Shown piece by piece: positions 62,815 to 64,000 of a stretch of 64,000 nt of DNA. This DNA comes from an uncultured Verrucomicrobiae bacterium (GTDB lineage: Bacteria; Verrucomicrobiota; Verrucomicrobiia; Limisphaerales; Palsa-1400). The DNA lies in assembly GCA_963707025.1 (NCBI GenBank), contig CAVPOM010000008.1, positions 64,001-128,000 of the forward strand, given 5' to 3'. Position numbers and translations under genes: made by a program. A model generated the notes under the pieces. It did not search any database, was not told where the DNA came from, and saw nothing but the letters and a program-made list of their open reading frames with translations. The stretch's first letter is position 1. Every line of letters begins with the position of its first letter.

Positions 62815-63819
62815 ATGCTATTTCTAAGCGAAGAAAAGATGCCGCGCTCTGATTTATTGCTCTCTCTCGTTCGCGCCAGCAGGCGCGGCGACCGGAGCCT
62901 GCTCCAAAAAACGGTGGAGGCAATCGCCGCCGAAGAGCGGGCGAAGAAGCACCATGTCTTGGCGGACCAACTCATCGGGCTCCTCAAAGAGAGCGATGAC
63001 ACCGTCGTTCCGGACAATCAACCGAAATTCAACGGTGCTCTTCACGGACCACTTTGGTATGAAATGTTGCCCTCACGCAGCCTGTCCTCCCTGGTTCTCC
63101 CTGACTCGGTGACGGTTGGCTGCACCGAGTTGGTGGAGGAACAAATGCGGTCCGAGCTCCTTCGCTCGCACGGATTGGAGCCACGGAACAGGGTCCTCTT
63201 AACCGGCCCACCGGGAAATGGCAAGACCGCGTTGGCCGAAGCACTCGCCGAAGGGATGACCGTGCCCCTCGTCATCGTGCGTTACGAATCCATCATCGGA
63301 AGTTATCTCGGCGAGACTTCCTCTCGACTGAGCAAACTTTTCGATTATGTGCGGGGGCGTCATTGCGTGCTCTTCCTGGATGAATTTGACACTTTGGGAA
63401 AAGAACGAGGTGATGAGCGAGAAACGGGCGAGATTAAGCGGGTCGTCAGCACACTTTTGCTTCAGGTGGATGCAATACCAACGCATGTCGTGGTTGTGGC
63501 TGCCACAAACCACCACGAAACTCTGGACCGGGCAGTTTGGCGACGGTTCCAACTGCGCCTCGCACTCCCCGCCCCATCGCTCGAACAAGCGACCACTTGG
63601 ATCGAACGGGAGGTGAAACGATTTAATTGGGACACCGGATTTGCAGCCAAAACACTCGCGACGAAACTCGCAGCCTCAAGTTTCTCAGAACTGGAGGACT
63701 TCTGCCTGGACGTGCAGCGTCGCATTGTGTTAGCACAAGGAGAACTCAAGACCACTGAAATAATTGCAACACGTTTAGCCTACTGGTCGCAGCGCGTGAA
63801 ACCGAAAGACCCACGCTAA
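62815..63819 (+). CDS. AAA+ ATPase, IetA-like
   Basis: GPPGNGKT, LFLDEFD, AATNH, LDRAVWRRF; RSDLLLSLV N-terminus. Confidence 0.85.
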   Translation: MLFLSEEKMPRSDLLLSLVRASRRGDRSLLQKTVEAIAAEERAKKHHVLADQLIGLLKESDDTVVPDNQPKFNGALHGPLWYEMLPSRSLSSLVLPDSVTVGCTELVEEQMRSELLRSHGLEPRNRVLLTGPPGNGKTALAEALAEGMTVPLVIVRYESIIGSYLGETSSRLSKLFDYVRGRHCVLFLDEFDTLGKERGDERETGEIKRVVSTLLLQVDAIPTHVVVVAATNHHETLDRAVWRRFQLRLALPAPSLEQATTWIEREVKRFNWDTGFAAKTLATKLAASSFSELEDFCLDVQRRIVLAQGELKTTEIIATRLAYWSQRVKPKDPR

Positions 63820-63841
63820 CATTTTGCCAACACCGGCCATC

Positions 63842-64000
63842 ATGGCGAAGCACCCTTTACTAATATTCCCGAAGTCCGTCCCGGTTGACCGGGAAAAGCT
63901 CCGACCGGCCTATATCCCTCGCGCGGCCATCGGTCGTCGTTGGCAGGACTCTCACGTAGGACAACCACTCCTCAAATTGGAAGCAGCGATCGCCCGCCGC
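63842..64000 (+). CDS. Probable S8 peptidase (IetS-like) N-terminus, runs off window
   Basis: MAKHPLLIFP start directly after the IetA-like gene; catalytic domain not visible. Confidence 0.5.
   Translation, partial: MAKHPLLIFPKSVPVDREKLRPAYIPRAAIGRRWQDSHVGQPLLKLEAAIARR

Overview
Bacterial window, probably Verrucomicrobiota-like (inferred from protein families only). Many genes carry single-base frameshifts, most likely long-read consensus errors. The key region (about 1.4-18.9 kb, minus strand) looks like one operon for backup translation and RNA repair. It starts with a sigma70 promoter, a 56-codon leader ORF using all 20 amino acids and 42 distinct codons, and an overlapping antiterminator/terminator pair. 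A structured leader RNA follows, then 28 non-canonical tRNA genes covering all 20 amino acids (all with G55 T-loops), six Y RNAs, Ro60/Rsr (TROVE), SEC-C, DIP1984-family, metallophosphoesterase and HNH genes, a large putative nuclease and RtcB. The rest of the window holds a degenerate integrative element with orphan antitoxin domains, a DUF6036 nucleotidyltransferase next to an antitoxin-NACHT-nuclease fusion, Wadjet (jetABCD), IetAS, glycoside hydrolases and metabolic genes.
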